This document shows positions 52,221 to 64,000 of a stretch of DNA of 64,000 bases, piece by piece; positions within the stretch are counted from its first letter, which is position 1; the number at the start of each line of letters is the position of its first letter. The stretch covers positions 91,390,001 through 91,454,000 of the forward strand of contig NC_045697.1 of the NCBI RefSeq assembly GCF_009834535.1, given 5' to 3'. Position numbers and translations under genes: made by a program. The DNA is from Camelus ferus. Its lineage: Eukaryota. The notes below the pieces were generated by a model. The model saw only the letters and a program-made list of their open reading frames with translations, did no database searches and had not been told where the DNA came from.

Positions 52221-52749
52221 TGTGGTTATAAAATATAACCATAAATTTTTTGAGATTCTTCTTTTAAAAACGTAGTCTAATTCTTCTCATCTTGAATATG
52301 GCCTGGACACAGACTTGCCTTTAATGAACAGAATAAAGTGGAAGTGATATGTGATTTCAGAGACTAGGCCATAAAAGACATTATGATTTCCTCCTTGGCT
52401 CTCTCTTAGATTGTTCGCTCTAGGGGAAGACAGCTTCCATGTCCTTAGGATACTTTTGCTTCTCTGTGGAAAGGCCTACGTGGCAGTAAACTGAGGTGTG
52501 GCAACAACCCGTTAGGAACTTAGGCTTCCTTCCAATAGCCATGTGAGTGAGTCTGGAAGATGGGCATCCAGTTCCCACCAAATCTCCATATGACATCTTC
52601 ATTGTAACTTCATGAGAGACCTTGAACCAGAATCACCCAGATGAGCTACTCCCAAATTCCCTGGCTCATAAATTATGAAATAATAAATGTTGTTTTTAAG
52701 CAACTAAAATGTAGGGTAATTTGTCACACAGCAGTAGATACCTAATGCA
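52221..52749 (+). mobile_element. MaLR solo LTR (MLT1F/G-like) within a minus-strand L2
   Basis: tgtggtt...agactaggccataaaagac...gagaccttgaaccagaatcacccag...aataaatgttgtttttaagc...cagcagtagatacctaatgca. Confidence 0.85.
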
Positions 52750-55139
52750 GTTATAGAGTCATGGCAGTGGGAATGGAAAGAGAGGAGGCATTTCAAAAGG
52801 AGAATCAACAGTACTTGGATACTGAAAGAAGATGAAGGCAAAGAATGAGTCACAGATGGCTAAAAGGTTTTATATCTAGGAGATTAGGGAAATAGTGGCA
52901 CCAATAACAGAGAAAAGACCATTAGAGGTAGACATCTATTTGGAAGATGTAATATTGTAACTTGGGTTTTGAAATGTAGAAATTGAGATAATAACAAGAC
53001 AAACAGTAAATATCCTATAGACAGTTACAAAGTTAGGACAAACATTAAGAAAGATGTAGGGCTGAAAGAGGTGCAGTGGAGAATTCAACAAAGAGGTGAT
53101 AATAGTATAAGAATAGGTATCTTTTCAAAGACCAAGAATTTGAGATCAGAAGGTCTAAGTTATTTGAAGTTTATGTGTGAATACCTAAAGAAAAAAGTAA
53201 AAGAAAATTTATTGAAATGGTCAGATAAAATAAGGTTGATAAAAAAACAGAGAAGAAAAAAAACTATTTCCACTTCAAATACTGGCACAGGCATCTAAAA
53301 CTATTCAGTAAGAGGAGAGAAAGAAAGGGAGGGAGGAGGGAACTAATCAGGTTTTTCATATGGAGGAGGGTAGAAATCATAACTTTTTCCCAAATGGGTC
53401 ATATTAAAAGCTTTAGGAGAGAGATTAGTAGTTCTGTAATGAAACTGATAGTATAAGTCCCAAACAGAGAAGATCAAATTAAAATAATATCTGTGGGACT
53501 AGTAATTCCGTAATGTAATTAAACAAGAATTCCCTTTTGTGATATTTCTTTCTTAGATTTCAGCATTCAATTATGTTTTAGTGTCAAGATTTGTTTGCAT
53601 CTTAAAAGAATCAACAAATGTAAATATATTTCATTATATAAACATTTGCTATTACAGATTTTAAAAACAAGGAATTATTAAAGATATCATTTACTATTAA
53701 TTTTTGATTACCAAATACCTTTATATTCCAGTAAATATGTTCCTCCAAAATTGTCATTCACTGCTGACCTTTGGATCTTCTGCACTGTATTTCACACCTT
53801 CGATTCTCAAGCCAGATCAATATTTCTTCTTAAAATCTATTATATTTTTCAATATTTGAAAACTGGGTTTGAGTAATCTAAGAAGCCTTTTGTTATCTTG
53901 ATTTAGCTCATTAGGAGTTTTACCAAAAGATGAATGAGTTTACCAATCTAGTAGCATCTTATTAATATTATTAGTAGGTACTAAAGGCAGTGAGTGATTA
54001 TATCAAATAACCACAGTTACCAGGGTTTCATTATTTGAGATTTACTCACATATTTTCACTAATACAGTATTTTATCTATTTTTTCTTTTTTTTTTTTTTT
54101 TACAAGTACAGGCCATCTTGTTTAATGTCACTGGTGTGTTCTCGTATCCTCCTCTAAGTTGATTCAAGTCTACTCTTCTTTCTCACTTTGCTTTCTAGTT
54201 TGATCTTTTGTGTGTGCTAAATGTAAGAACACTAATATTCTGTGCCCAGTGCCAGATCTCTGCCTCAGTTTATGTTCTAGAGGAGAAATAATTCATGAGA
54301 ATCTTTGGTTTGTCTATGATTGAAAACAGACTACAAAAATTTTCCCTTGTTAAACACTTTAGAGGTTATTTTAGAAGTATGAATCATCTTAGAGCATTTA
54401 AAATAATTTTAGTCGTATGAATTTAACATAGGGCATTTGCTGCAAAAATTAAGGTGCTTATCAAGGTCAAATATATTTAACCTTACATATTAAAATATAC
54501 ATATGCAGAATCTAAGCTCCGTGTAACTTAAAATCTAGGGTATCTATAATTTTTGAAGACATTCTTTGATTTCTCTGAAATAATAACATCCTCCAAAAAT
54601 ATGGATAATCTCACAACTCATAGGCTCCTATATAGTAATGAGACAACTCATGAGAATCATCTGAAACTCCTTGATAATAAAATACATGTATAACTGAGGT
54701 AAAATTACTTTCAAAAAATCAAGTATGTATTCCTGAAGTCATAAGTTGCAAGGGGTCTTAACAACCTTTCTAGTCCAGACTAATGGGGTTGTGTTAAAAC
54801 TATTTGACAGACTCAAGGCAATTAAATTCAACATTCTATGTGTTTTCTTTTGCCAAATCATTTTGCTTGATACTTCAGGGAATATAAACTAAAATAAAAC
54901 ACATTTACTATCAATAATCTACTGGGAGTGATTAGCTGTTTTGCACAAGTTATATATACAAGATAGCAAAATCCAAGACATCAAAGGAAGATACTTCAGG
55001 GGTTTAGAGTAGGACAGAGATTACAATGGTAATAAATATTTCTCAGTAAAACATATTAATAGGCACAATAAAGGAAATATATGTTTCTGTGTAACTGTAT
55101 ATATGTGTGTATGTATGTGTGTGTCCACATAAATATACC

Positions 55140-55268
55140 TGTATGATAAATACCTTCCTATCGATCAGTTCATCAGGTTTTGTCATCAAGTGTAGGCAGC
55201 TAACTTAGGAAAAGACTGTTATCAGAGCTTTTTGAATTTGGAATTGCAGATAATTAACTGTGGACTTG
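55140..55268. mobile_element. Tigger-type (MER46C-like) DNA transposon end
   Basis: cagagctttttgaatttggaattgcagataa...tgtggacttg followed by TA. Confidence 0.55.
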
Positions 55269-55324
55269 TATAACTTTTTTAAAGTCCAGAGTTTCCTCAT
55301 GTATGATACAGGAAGTGTGATGGT

Positions 55325-56070
55325 TAATTTTTTGGCTGGGATTACACTAAATCTATAGATCGTTTGTGGGGGGTGTTAATAATTTATAATATTGAGTATT
55401 CTGATCAATTAACATGATCTCTACTTACTTAGGCCTTCTTTACATCTTAATATATCTTAGTATCATACTTTTCACGTGTAAGTCTTACACATTGTTAGAT
55501 TTATTCTTGGGTATTTGATATTTCTGGATGCACTGTAAACTTTACTATTTTTAAAGTTTTATTTTGAAATGCTTGTTGCTGGTATGTAAAATATAACTGA
55601 ATTCTGTATGTTCACCTAATAATCTGTCTATGAATTATTTTTGACTTTCTGCATATACAATCATTTACTGTCTTATTCCTTCCTTTTTAGTTTGTATACA
55701 TTTTATTTCTTTTTCTTGCCATAGTATACTGATTAGGACTTCTGGTACAAAACTAATATAAGTGGTAATAGTAGACTTCTTTGTTATCTTCTCAATCTTC
55801 AAAGCAAAGTTAACTTTTTTTTTTTGCAGTAGGAATAATGTTTACTTTAGAATAGATACCTTTATAAAATTAAGGAAGTTCTATTTCTAGTTTGCTAAGA
55901 GATATATTTAAAAATCATAAATGGACAGATATTAAATTTTCTCATATGCTTTTTCCATATCTATTGAGGAGACCCTGTGATTTCTCTTTTAGTAACTTAA
56001 TGTGGTAAATTATATAAATGTATTTTCTAATTGTTTTAATAATTTTGCATTCTGGGATATAGTCAAACTG
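55325..56070 (-). mobile_element. Ancient L1 ORF2 fragment
   Basis: aatctatagatc, ttgttagatttattc, ttaaggaagttc..tttctagtttgctaagag and catatctattgag. Confidence 0.7.
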
Positions 56071-56348
56071 GTAATTTTTTTTCTGTTCTTTAATGCTTTT
56101 AGTAGATGCTTTTTGTAATTCATCTAATTTTTTTAGTTATGGTACAGATTTCCTAGCTCACCATTAACTGGAAGAAACAATTTTCCTTTTCTTCTAAATT
56201 AATTCCAAATACATTTTCATTACAGCATTCTACCAAAACTCCTCCTACCATGGTTAACAATACCACCACAGAGTGTCACACTGAAAGGTTCATTCTCAGT
56301 CCTCCCTTTTTCAACCAATAAGTGGCATTTTGTAAAACATAATGGTTA

Positions 56349-58438
56349 TGGGGGTATTGCCAAGATGGTGGGGTAGAAAGACCCTGAACTCAACTCCTGA
56401 GTACACCACAATCACAACTATCTGAAGAACAACCATCAGTGAAAAAGACAGGAAAGGAAATAATCACCCAAGTCCAGGAAGTGCAGAGAGTCACATACAG
56501 TGTTAACCCAAAGAGGAACACACCAAGACAATTAATTACAATGACAAAAATGAAATATAAAGAGAGACTATTAAAAGCAGCAAGGAAAAAGGAATAAATA
56601 ACATACAAGTCAACTCCTATAAGGCTATCAGATGATTTTTCAGCAGAAACTCTGCCGGCCAGGAGTGCCATGATATATTTAAAGTGATAAAAGGGGAAAA
56701 CCTACAACGAAGAATGCTCTACCCAGCAAAGCTCTTCTTCATACTTGATGGAGAAATCAAAAGCTTTACAGACAAGTAAAAACTAAAAAAGTTCAGCACA
56801 ACCAAAAGTTTAGCTTTACAACAAATGTTAAAGGAATTATTCTAGGTGAAAAAGAAAAGGTCACAACAAGAAATATGAAAATTACAAAATGAAAGAGCTC
56901 ACCAGTAAAGGCAAATAGTAAAGGTAGGGAATTATCCACACACAAAGCTATTAGGGAAGTTAAAAGGACAGAGAGCCCAGAAATAAGCTCAACACACTTT
57001 ATGGTCAATTAATCTATGACAAAGGAGGTAAGAATATACAATGGAGAAAAGACAGTTTCTTCAATGAGTGGTGCTGGGAAAACTGGAAAGCTACATGTAA
57101 AAGAATGAAACTAGAACATTTTCTAGTACTATATACAAGAATAAACTCAAAATGGATTAAAGACTTAAAAAGAAGACTGGATAAAACTCCTAAAGGAAAA
57201 CATAGGCAGAACATTTTTCAACATAAATTGAAGCAATATTTTTTTGGATCCATCTCCTAAAGCAAAGGAAATAAAAGCAAAAATAAACAAAGGAGGCCTA
57301 ATTAAACTTAAAAGATTTTGCACAGCAAAGGAAATCATTGATAAAATGATAAAACAACCTACTGAATGGAAGAAAACATTTGCAAATGATATGACTGATA
57401 AGGGATTAATATCCAACATATGTAAACAGCTTATACAATTTATCAAAAAATCCTCCAAACAACCAGATTAAGAAATGGGCAGCATATTTGAATACACATT
57501 TTTTTTTTCTAAAGAGGAAATGCAGATGGACAACAGGCACATGAAAAGATGCTGAACACTGCTAATCATCATGGAAATGTAAATCGGTAAAACTACAATG
57601 AGATATCACATCACACCTGTCAGAATGCCTATCATCAAAAAGAACACATATAACAAATGTTGTTGAGGATATGGAGAAAAGGCAACCCTCGTACACCATT
57701 GATTGGAATGTAAATTGGTATAACCACTGTGGAAAACAGTATGGAGGGTTCTCAAAAAACTATACATAGAACTACCGTATAACCTAGCAACTCTACTCCT
57801 GGGTGTGTATCTGAAAGAAACAGAAACAATAATTCGAAAAGATACCTGCATCCCAATGTTCACAGAAGAACTATTTGTAATTACCAAGATATGGAAACAA
57901 CCTAAGTGTTGATCAACAGATGAATGGATAAAGAAGACCTGATGGATGTGTGTGTGTGTGTGTGTGTGTGTGTACACATACTGGAATACACTCAGACATA
58001 AAAAATGAAATTTTGCCATTTGCCATGAATGGACTTGGAGAGCACTATACTAAGTGAAACGAGTCAGCCAGAGAAAGACAAATACTATATGATATCAATT
58101 ATATGTGGAATCTAAAAAACACAACAAACTAGTAAATATAACAAAACCCAGCAGGCTCACAGACACAGAGAAAAACCTAAGGGTTACCAGTGGGGAGAGG
58201 GAAGCGGGGAGTGGCGATATAGGGATAGGGTAGCAGCAAGTACAAACTATTTGGTATAAAATAAGCCACAAGGATATACTGTAGAGCATGGGGAATACAA
58301 CCAATATTTTATAATAACTATAAATGGAGTATAACCTTTAAAAATTATGAATCACTATACTGTACACCTGTAACTTATATAATATTGTACAGCAACTATA
58401 CTTCAAAAAAAAAAAAAAGCTGCAAAAAACTGTTACCA
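56349..58438 (+). mobile_element. Internally deleted LINE-1 with both termini and a perfect 15-bp TSD, inserted in the 5' end of a MIR
   Basis: TSD aaaacataatggtta at 56334-56348 and 58439-58453; L1-type 5' start (ggggg..gccaagatgg); ORF1 C-half; ORF2 C-terminus ([19 protein letters not shown]); A-tail 58405-58418; MIR continues 58454-58590. Confidence 0.9.
57947..57972. repeat. (GT)n microsatellite inside L1
   Basis: About 13 GT units read directly. Confidence 0.9.
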
Positions 58439-58599
58439 AAAACATAATGGTTAAGAGCATATTGTCTTTATCCAAAGTGCCTGAATTTAAAACCAGGATC
58501 TGTCACTTTATGAGCTATGTGACCTTGAACAAGTTTCTTAACCTCCCTTGGCCCTCAGTTTCTCTGCCAGTAAAATGTAAATATCACCTACTATTATTA

Positions 58600-59420
58600 T
58601 TGCTCATTCTCTCTTTTTTAAATTAGCATTCTTTCCTGATTATTTCTCTCAATATTCTTTCTTTTAGTCTCAGTGGAATTTTCATCTCCCCAAACTTTAA
58701 CTTTTGGAACTTAGTCCTCAGACAGCTTGATTATCTATCTAGATTTCCCTTCTATACATTCTTATTCCAATACTTTAAAAATCATGTGTATGTTAATGAC
58801 TCCCAAATTCATAGCTCCTCTTGCAGTCTCCTTCCTGAACTCCAAACTTACATACCTAACTAATGAGTCAATATCCTGACTTAAATGTCTTTTAGGTAGC
58901 TCATACTGAACATGATCCAGAGTATACTTTTATAAAAAATATAATTTCCAACTCTTCAAACCTTAATCCAAGTTACCATCACTTTATAACTGGATTATTG
59001 CAGTACTGGCCTACCTTCTCTCTTCTGCCCTTGACCCTCTCTAGTCTATTTTTTCTATAGCAGCTAAACTGATTTGTTGAACACTGAAGCCTGACCATAT
59101 CACTTTGCTACAAGTCTTTCATGGCTTCCCATTTCATTCATCATAAATGCTCAAGTTCTTTCTGGGCAAGGGTCAGCAATTTTTTTCTTAAAGGACCAGA
59201 GAACAAATATTTTAGGCTTTGTAGGTCAAATGGATTCTGTTATAACTATAGACAACCATTGTGCTATACCTATATGCAAAAGGTGTTGAGATTCAAAACT
59301 GCCATATCCAACAAAAATCCTTAAATTCTGTGTAATATTAATAAACTTTATAAAACATATTAGTTTGGTTTATAATGCTTAATATTTTTCATAGTAGTTC
59401 AATAAATATTTGCTGAATAA
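58600..59420 (+). mobile_element. L2 LINE containing a MER58-like fragment (~59166-59250)
   Basis: atgactcccaaattcatag, tggattattgcagta, terminal caataaatatttgctgaataa; caagggtcagcaattttttcttaaaggaccagagaacaaatattttaggctttg is MER58-like. Confidence 0.7.
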
Positions 59421-59539
59421 AAAATAAAAGTACAAGGTCCAGACAAACATTTTTACAAAATATTATGGCAAGGACATTAAACTAAATTATTCAATAATTT
59501 CTTCTATAAAATGTATCAAACAATTAATAGTGGACTTAC

Positions 59540-59736
59540 TTTAGATTGCTGATCCTAATTTCTGCACTTTCAGTGAGTTTCTTCGTTTCTTCTTTCCACC
59601 TGTTGGCCGCCTTCTGTTGAGTCACTAAGAGATGCCTCAGTTCAACAGTGGAATTTCGATTACTATCTTCTAACTCTCTCAGTTGAACTTCAAACCCATG
59701 TTCCTTTATTGAAAATTCATGTTCCATTGTACTGAT
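59540..59736 (-). CDS. SCLT1: SCLT1 (sodium channel and clathrin linker 1) coding exon, ISTMEHEFSIKEHGFEVQLRELEDSNRNSTVELRHLLVTQQKAANRWKEETKKLTESAEIRISNL(K)
   Basis: ttttattccttag|ATCAGT ... CTAAA|gtaagt; 197 nt, phase 0/2; peptide recognised as the SCLT1 C-terminal coiled coil. Upstream exons lie beyond the window. Confidence 0.94.
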
Positions 59737-60109
59737 CTAAGGAATAAAATGAACATAGTATTTTTTTTCCTTTCTGTTACCCTAGGAGATATAATGATCA
59801 ATGATATATACAAAAGGAATCACTGTGTTGTCTGCTGCACAGAAATATTTGGTGAGAAATCTATATAAAAATTAGGTTTACAAATTGTCTCCAAACATAT
59901 GAAGACTTATTTTGTATTATAATATAAATTTTGGGCTACAAATTTTTCAACACTTGCCCCAACACCTTAAAACACCAGTAGGAAAAAAGTATACTATGGA
60001 ATACAAAACTGCTCTTACCTATTTTTATTTTTGTTGCCAGAAAACACAGAAAATGTTCATGCTCTCAGTAACTGAAATTTAGGTTTTTACTCAAGTCATT
60101 TAAAAAAAA

Positions 60110-60265
60110 GTGTTTACTGGTTTATTATAAAGGCTACGACTCTAGAACAGCTAAATAGAAGAGTCACACACAGCAAGGTACAGGATGTAGGGTGTGTCTG
60201 GAGTTTCCATGCTCTCTCCATGTATGCCACCCTCCCAGCACCCTGACGTGTTCATCAGAAGCTCC
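60110..60265 (-). mobile_element. MER21-like LTR fragment
   Basis: gtttactggtttattataaagg...ggagtttccatgctctct...gccaccctcccagcacc...gtgttcatc. Confidence 0.65.
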
Positions 60266-61169
60266 TCTTAGAAGGTCTTCAAGTTACTTTTGATTTACAT
60301 AATAAATTTCAGATTGTCTTTCAAAGGGCTTTGTAAAGTCAAAGAAAATCATATATAGAAATCCCTTTACCACTTCAGTTAGTGTAAATGAACGAAGTGT
60401 TGCTTTTTTGCTTTTGTTTTTTCATGAAAAGACTATAATGACTTTGAGAAACTCATTTGGAAATGCCTTTAGTTATTTGTAGGTTATGTCTGTTATTATA
60501 GTAAAAATGCCTTAATGCAGAATGAACATACAAACAAAAGCTTTCTCCACTGGGGTTCACAGACAGAATTAAGCCTAATACCCTAAAACAATCAAAACAT
60601 GTAATGAACTGTCTTCTCTTGTATCCGTCTAGAATCAAACTACCTATTGCCATACTTGAGACAGCCGAGAAAATAGTTAAACAGTGACTAGAACAATTTC
60701 TTTGTTATATTCTCAATCCATCTTCATCTTGCTACACTGAAGAAATATTATAAAGAATACCTACCTTATGATATTTTAAACTAAGTTTCTTTAAAATTGG
60801 TCACAGCTGGCAAGGCTTCTAGTAATGTATTAAATATGGCTACTTTCAAACTCAAAAAAGAATGAAAAAGGAACTCAATTTTACCAATTCAAAAAATACC
60901 AAAGAAAACCCAACAATAGCAAAATCTAAGGCTCATGGGGGGAAACTGCAAACAACCTGTCCTTACTACCACTGCTAAACGCAACATGCTTCCTAAAACT
61001 CTTAAATTTGCTTTCTCAAATGGTACACAAGTAGAAATTTTACTTTGTAAATACTGACACTGGAAAAACCACTTTGGATTTATTAATTTTGTATTTTATA
61101 ACTGCAGTGAAAATCTCCTAAGGCTCTTTGACTCCTCTATTTAACTAATTTTTGAATTATTGAATTCTG

Positions 61170-61840
61170 CAAATCTAGAACTGAACAGCCTTCCCTGTCT
61201 CAATCTCCACATTTTCCACAGAAGCCATGGTTCTGATATCTTAGGTGGAAGTGTTTAATTCTGTCTGTCTGTCTCTCTCTCACACATGTATTGAAAACTG
61301 GTCTATGAATCTGTATAGTTTTAGAACTGCCTGCCTAATTAACTCCCCATTTCCACTTAGAAAATCTACTTGCAGTCTGACAAGCCTTGTTCTAAGGTCC
61401 TTCGTGATAACCTGGTCTCTACCTACTTCTGTAAGTTTGTGTTATGCTACTATTCCTTTCCCTTTCTTTGTTTCTGCCACAATGCCTTCCCATTCTTGGG
61501 TCTTTTTCACATATTGTTCCCTTTGCTTGGAATAATCTTTCCTGTCCTGCTTATCTTAGTTATTTCTATTGAAATTTTAGAATTCAGCCCAATTACTGCT
61601 CCTACAGGAAATTCTCTTACCATCTATCTAGAAAAAGTCAGGTCCCTATGTTATAAGCTCTCCTATGCTTTTCCTAAAGAGCATTTATTTGTAAATATAC
61701 ATTTAAAGTTTGCCCATCTCTAAGCAAATAATATGTTTTTAAGGGTGGGACCATGTCTTTTTTGCTTACTATTGTATCTTCAGCACCTGAAACATAGTAA
61801 GGATGTCAAAAATTTTTATCTGTAGACTGAATGAATGCTA
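61170..61840 (+). mobile_element. L2 LINE
   Basis: Ends gggtgggaccatgtc...attgtatcttcagcacct...tgaatgaatg (L2 3' end). Confidence 0.7.
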
Positions 61841-62559
61841 GCTTCCTGGTATCAAAACTTGGTCTTTAAACAAACCCCAGATCATTTACCTGATACAATT
61901 CCAACTGTTAAACTGGACAGGTCTGGAGCGCTGTTGGAAGATAAGGGCTGAAACAACTAGGTTCCCTATAACAATAAAAGTCCCAAGAATGTTTCAATTC
62001 AGGGTAAGAAAAATAGAATTTATGGTCTTCCTATCTTCTCCTTTGTGTCCCTCCTCTGTAGAAAACTACTCACTCCAGTAAAGGATTGCTATAAACTGTC
62101 TATTTCCTAATTTTACATTCTTATGAGGGGTATTTAGACCACAAAGATATGGAGAGGCTTTGGCTCCTTTCAGTTGATCTATGGAGGATCACACTCTCTT
62201 TCAAGGGGGAGAAAAGCAGGAAAGTGTAGTACTAGGTTCTCATGTTGTCAGAGAAGGAATCAGCTACAAAGCAGCCATTTATCTGACAGCCCTCCTCCAC
62301 AAAATAGAATTACAGCTAACTATTTAAGAGAATCTGTCCCTTATTTACCAATGATTCTTCTCTTCCACTAGATGCAGATTTGGCAAAAGGGAGCATTTTT
62401 GGTAGATAAGATTTCTGCCATCTTTTTGCTTTCCAAGAAACTTCAGTTACTATCCTGAACTGTTAAAGATAGATCAAATGGAGTACCAAGTAGGGGAAAT
62501 TCATTCATTCCTCTCTTCCCCACTATAAAAATGCAAAGCCCAAAACATAAGTATATTGT

Positions 62560-64000
62560 AAAATAATGGAAAATACAAAAAGTTAAAAAGACAAATATAA
62601 GGTTTCTGTAATCTACAACGCAGAGATAACTACCTCTAACTTCTACATAATTTCTGTTTATAAATTTTTAAATTGAGATTAGTGTATGTAGGATTACAAC
62701 ATATAAATATATATGCACATTTTTTCTTTTTTTTAAAACTTACGACTTAACAATATAAATGCATTATAAATTGTTTGGAAACATTGTTTTTAATGATGAC
62801 TCAATATAGCATTTTATAGATGTGCCATAATTTAACTGTTTATTTCTAGATGGATTGTTTCTAATTTGTTAATATAACTAATGCTGCAATGAATTTCTTT
62901 AATTATGAGACACTAATTATTTTATGACTAAATGTTAGACTCTAAATGTATACCATTTTATACTTGCAGCTGCACATTCACTCACACTGATAACACTGTA
63001 GTTAACAGTGAGTTAAACTTTTAAAAAGTTTATTAGTAATTTTTCTTAGCTTGTGAGTTCTGTTCATGCATCATACACGTTGTCCTCCCAGGTTGCAAAT
63101 ATTTTTAAGAGCTCCTCATGATCTTTGTCTTTTGTCATATTTATTAAAACTACATCTTCCAGTTATTTCTTTTTAAGATATTTTAAAAAGTGTTTTAAAT
63201 GTTTACAAACCTTATATATTTGGGGGAGGGTATAGCTCTAGTAGTAGAGCACTTGCTTAGCACACATGAGGTCCTGGGTTCAGTCCCCAGTACATCCTCT
63301 AAAAATAAACAAACAAACCTAATTACCTCCCCCCTAAAAATAAAATAAATAAAATAAATTTAAAAAAACTCTTACATATTCAAATCTATCAACATATTTA
63401 TTCTTTTGTAATTTCTTCCATTTTTGGTTTTGCTGAAAAAGTTCTTTCCCATCTGTCAGTTAAATATTCACCTTCATTCCCTATTAATGTTTTATAGTAT
63501 CTTTAATAGTTTTAAGTTATTAATCCATATGAAATTTATAATATGAAATTTAAAATATAAGATGAAGGTTTAACTTTTTTTTTTCACCAAAATACACTTT
63601 TTAAAAATTCTGGAAATGCTTCAAAATGGGAACTTTGAAGCATACACAAAATAGAAAGACTATCACAGTGAGTCCCTATATGCTTATCATCCAGCTTCCA
63701 TAATCCACAACAAACTCACAGCCACTCTTATTTTACTTATAATCCTACCCACTTTCCTCTGCCATGATTTCTCTCTCTTACAATGAAGTACATAAACCTT
63801 AAGGGAACAACTCAATTTTCACATGTGTAAAAACACCAGAGTCACCATCCAGATTTAGGACTCTCAGGAGGCTTCCTCATGTGCCCTTATGTCAATATTC
63901 ACCCACCTAAAATGTTACCGCTATTCTGATCCCATCCTATTCTTCACTTTCATATAATGAAATTAAGGGACTATAATTTTTTTGTCTGGCTTCTTTGTCC
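62560..64000 (-). mobile_element. Ancient L1 3' fragments
   Basis: cagagataactac, tagatgtgccataatttaac, ggttgcaaatattt and ctattctgat reverse-strand L1M motifs. Confidence 0.6.
63222..63367 (+). mobile_element. tRNA-Ala-derived SINE (camelid vic-1 type)
   Basis: gggggagggtatagctc..gtagagcacttgcttagc...gaggtcctgggttcagtcccc (A/B-box-like tRNA head), tail aaacctaattacctccccc, A-rich end; imperfect TSD aaaccttatatatt / aaactcttacatatt. Confidence 0.85.

Noticed and set aside
59536..59727. 63-aa ORF as a stand-alone small gene
   Set aside because: It is an internal SCLT1 exon; its stop TAA is part of the splice donor gtaagt.
63222..63297. tRNA-Ala gene
   Set aside because: Degenerate stems and B box, a SINE tail, an A-rich end and a TSD indicate a SINE.
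1..64000. CRISPR array, operon, viral or horizontally acquired cassette
   Set aside because: No regularly spaced repeat-spacer array, no ORF longer than 165 aa and no obvious compositional island; all recognisable content is mammalian.

Overview
AT-rich, CpG-poor mammalian genomic DNA, most likely camelid (a tRNA-Ala-derived vic-1-type SINE at ~63.2 kb; no Alu, B1/B2, Bov-tA or PRE SINEs recognised). The window holds the 3' end of SCLT1 on the minus strand. Four coding exons (59540-59736, 18755-18833, 16187-16282, 12525-12587) splice with canonical GT-AG sites into one frame ending ...QRRKAASMMNLENV*, with a ~40.7 kb intron between the first two. Bases 1-~1975 look like the end of the 3' UTR of a convergent plus-strand gene, probably JADE1 by synteny. 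The rest is mostly interspersed repeats (L1, L2, L3/CR1, MIR, MaLR/ERVL LTRs, DNA-transposon relics), including a ~12.5 kb nested L1 stack at 39.4-52 kb. I found no evidence of a new protein-coding system. The best leads are structural: a TSD-flanked 2.1 kb L1 with both termini but two internal deletions, an exact 37 bp copy between two unrelated L1 relics 2 kb apart, an anonymous TSD-flanked poly(A)-signal-bearing insert, and candidate poison/micro-exons in the long SCLT1 intron. Gene and repeat names come from recalled sequences, not from database searches, and repeat boundaries are approximate unless a TSD is given.
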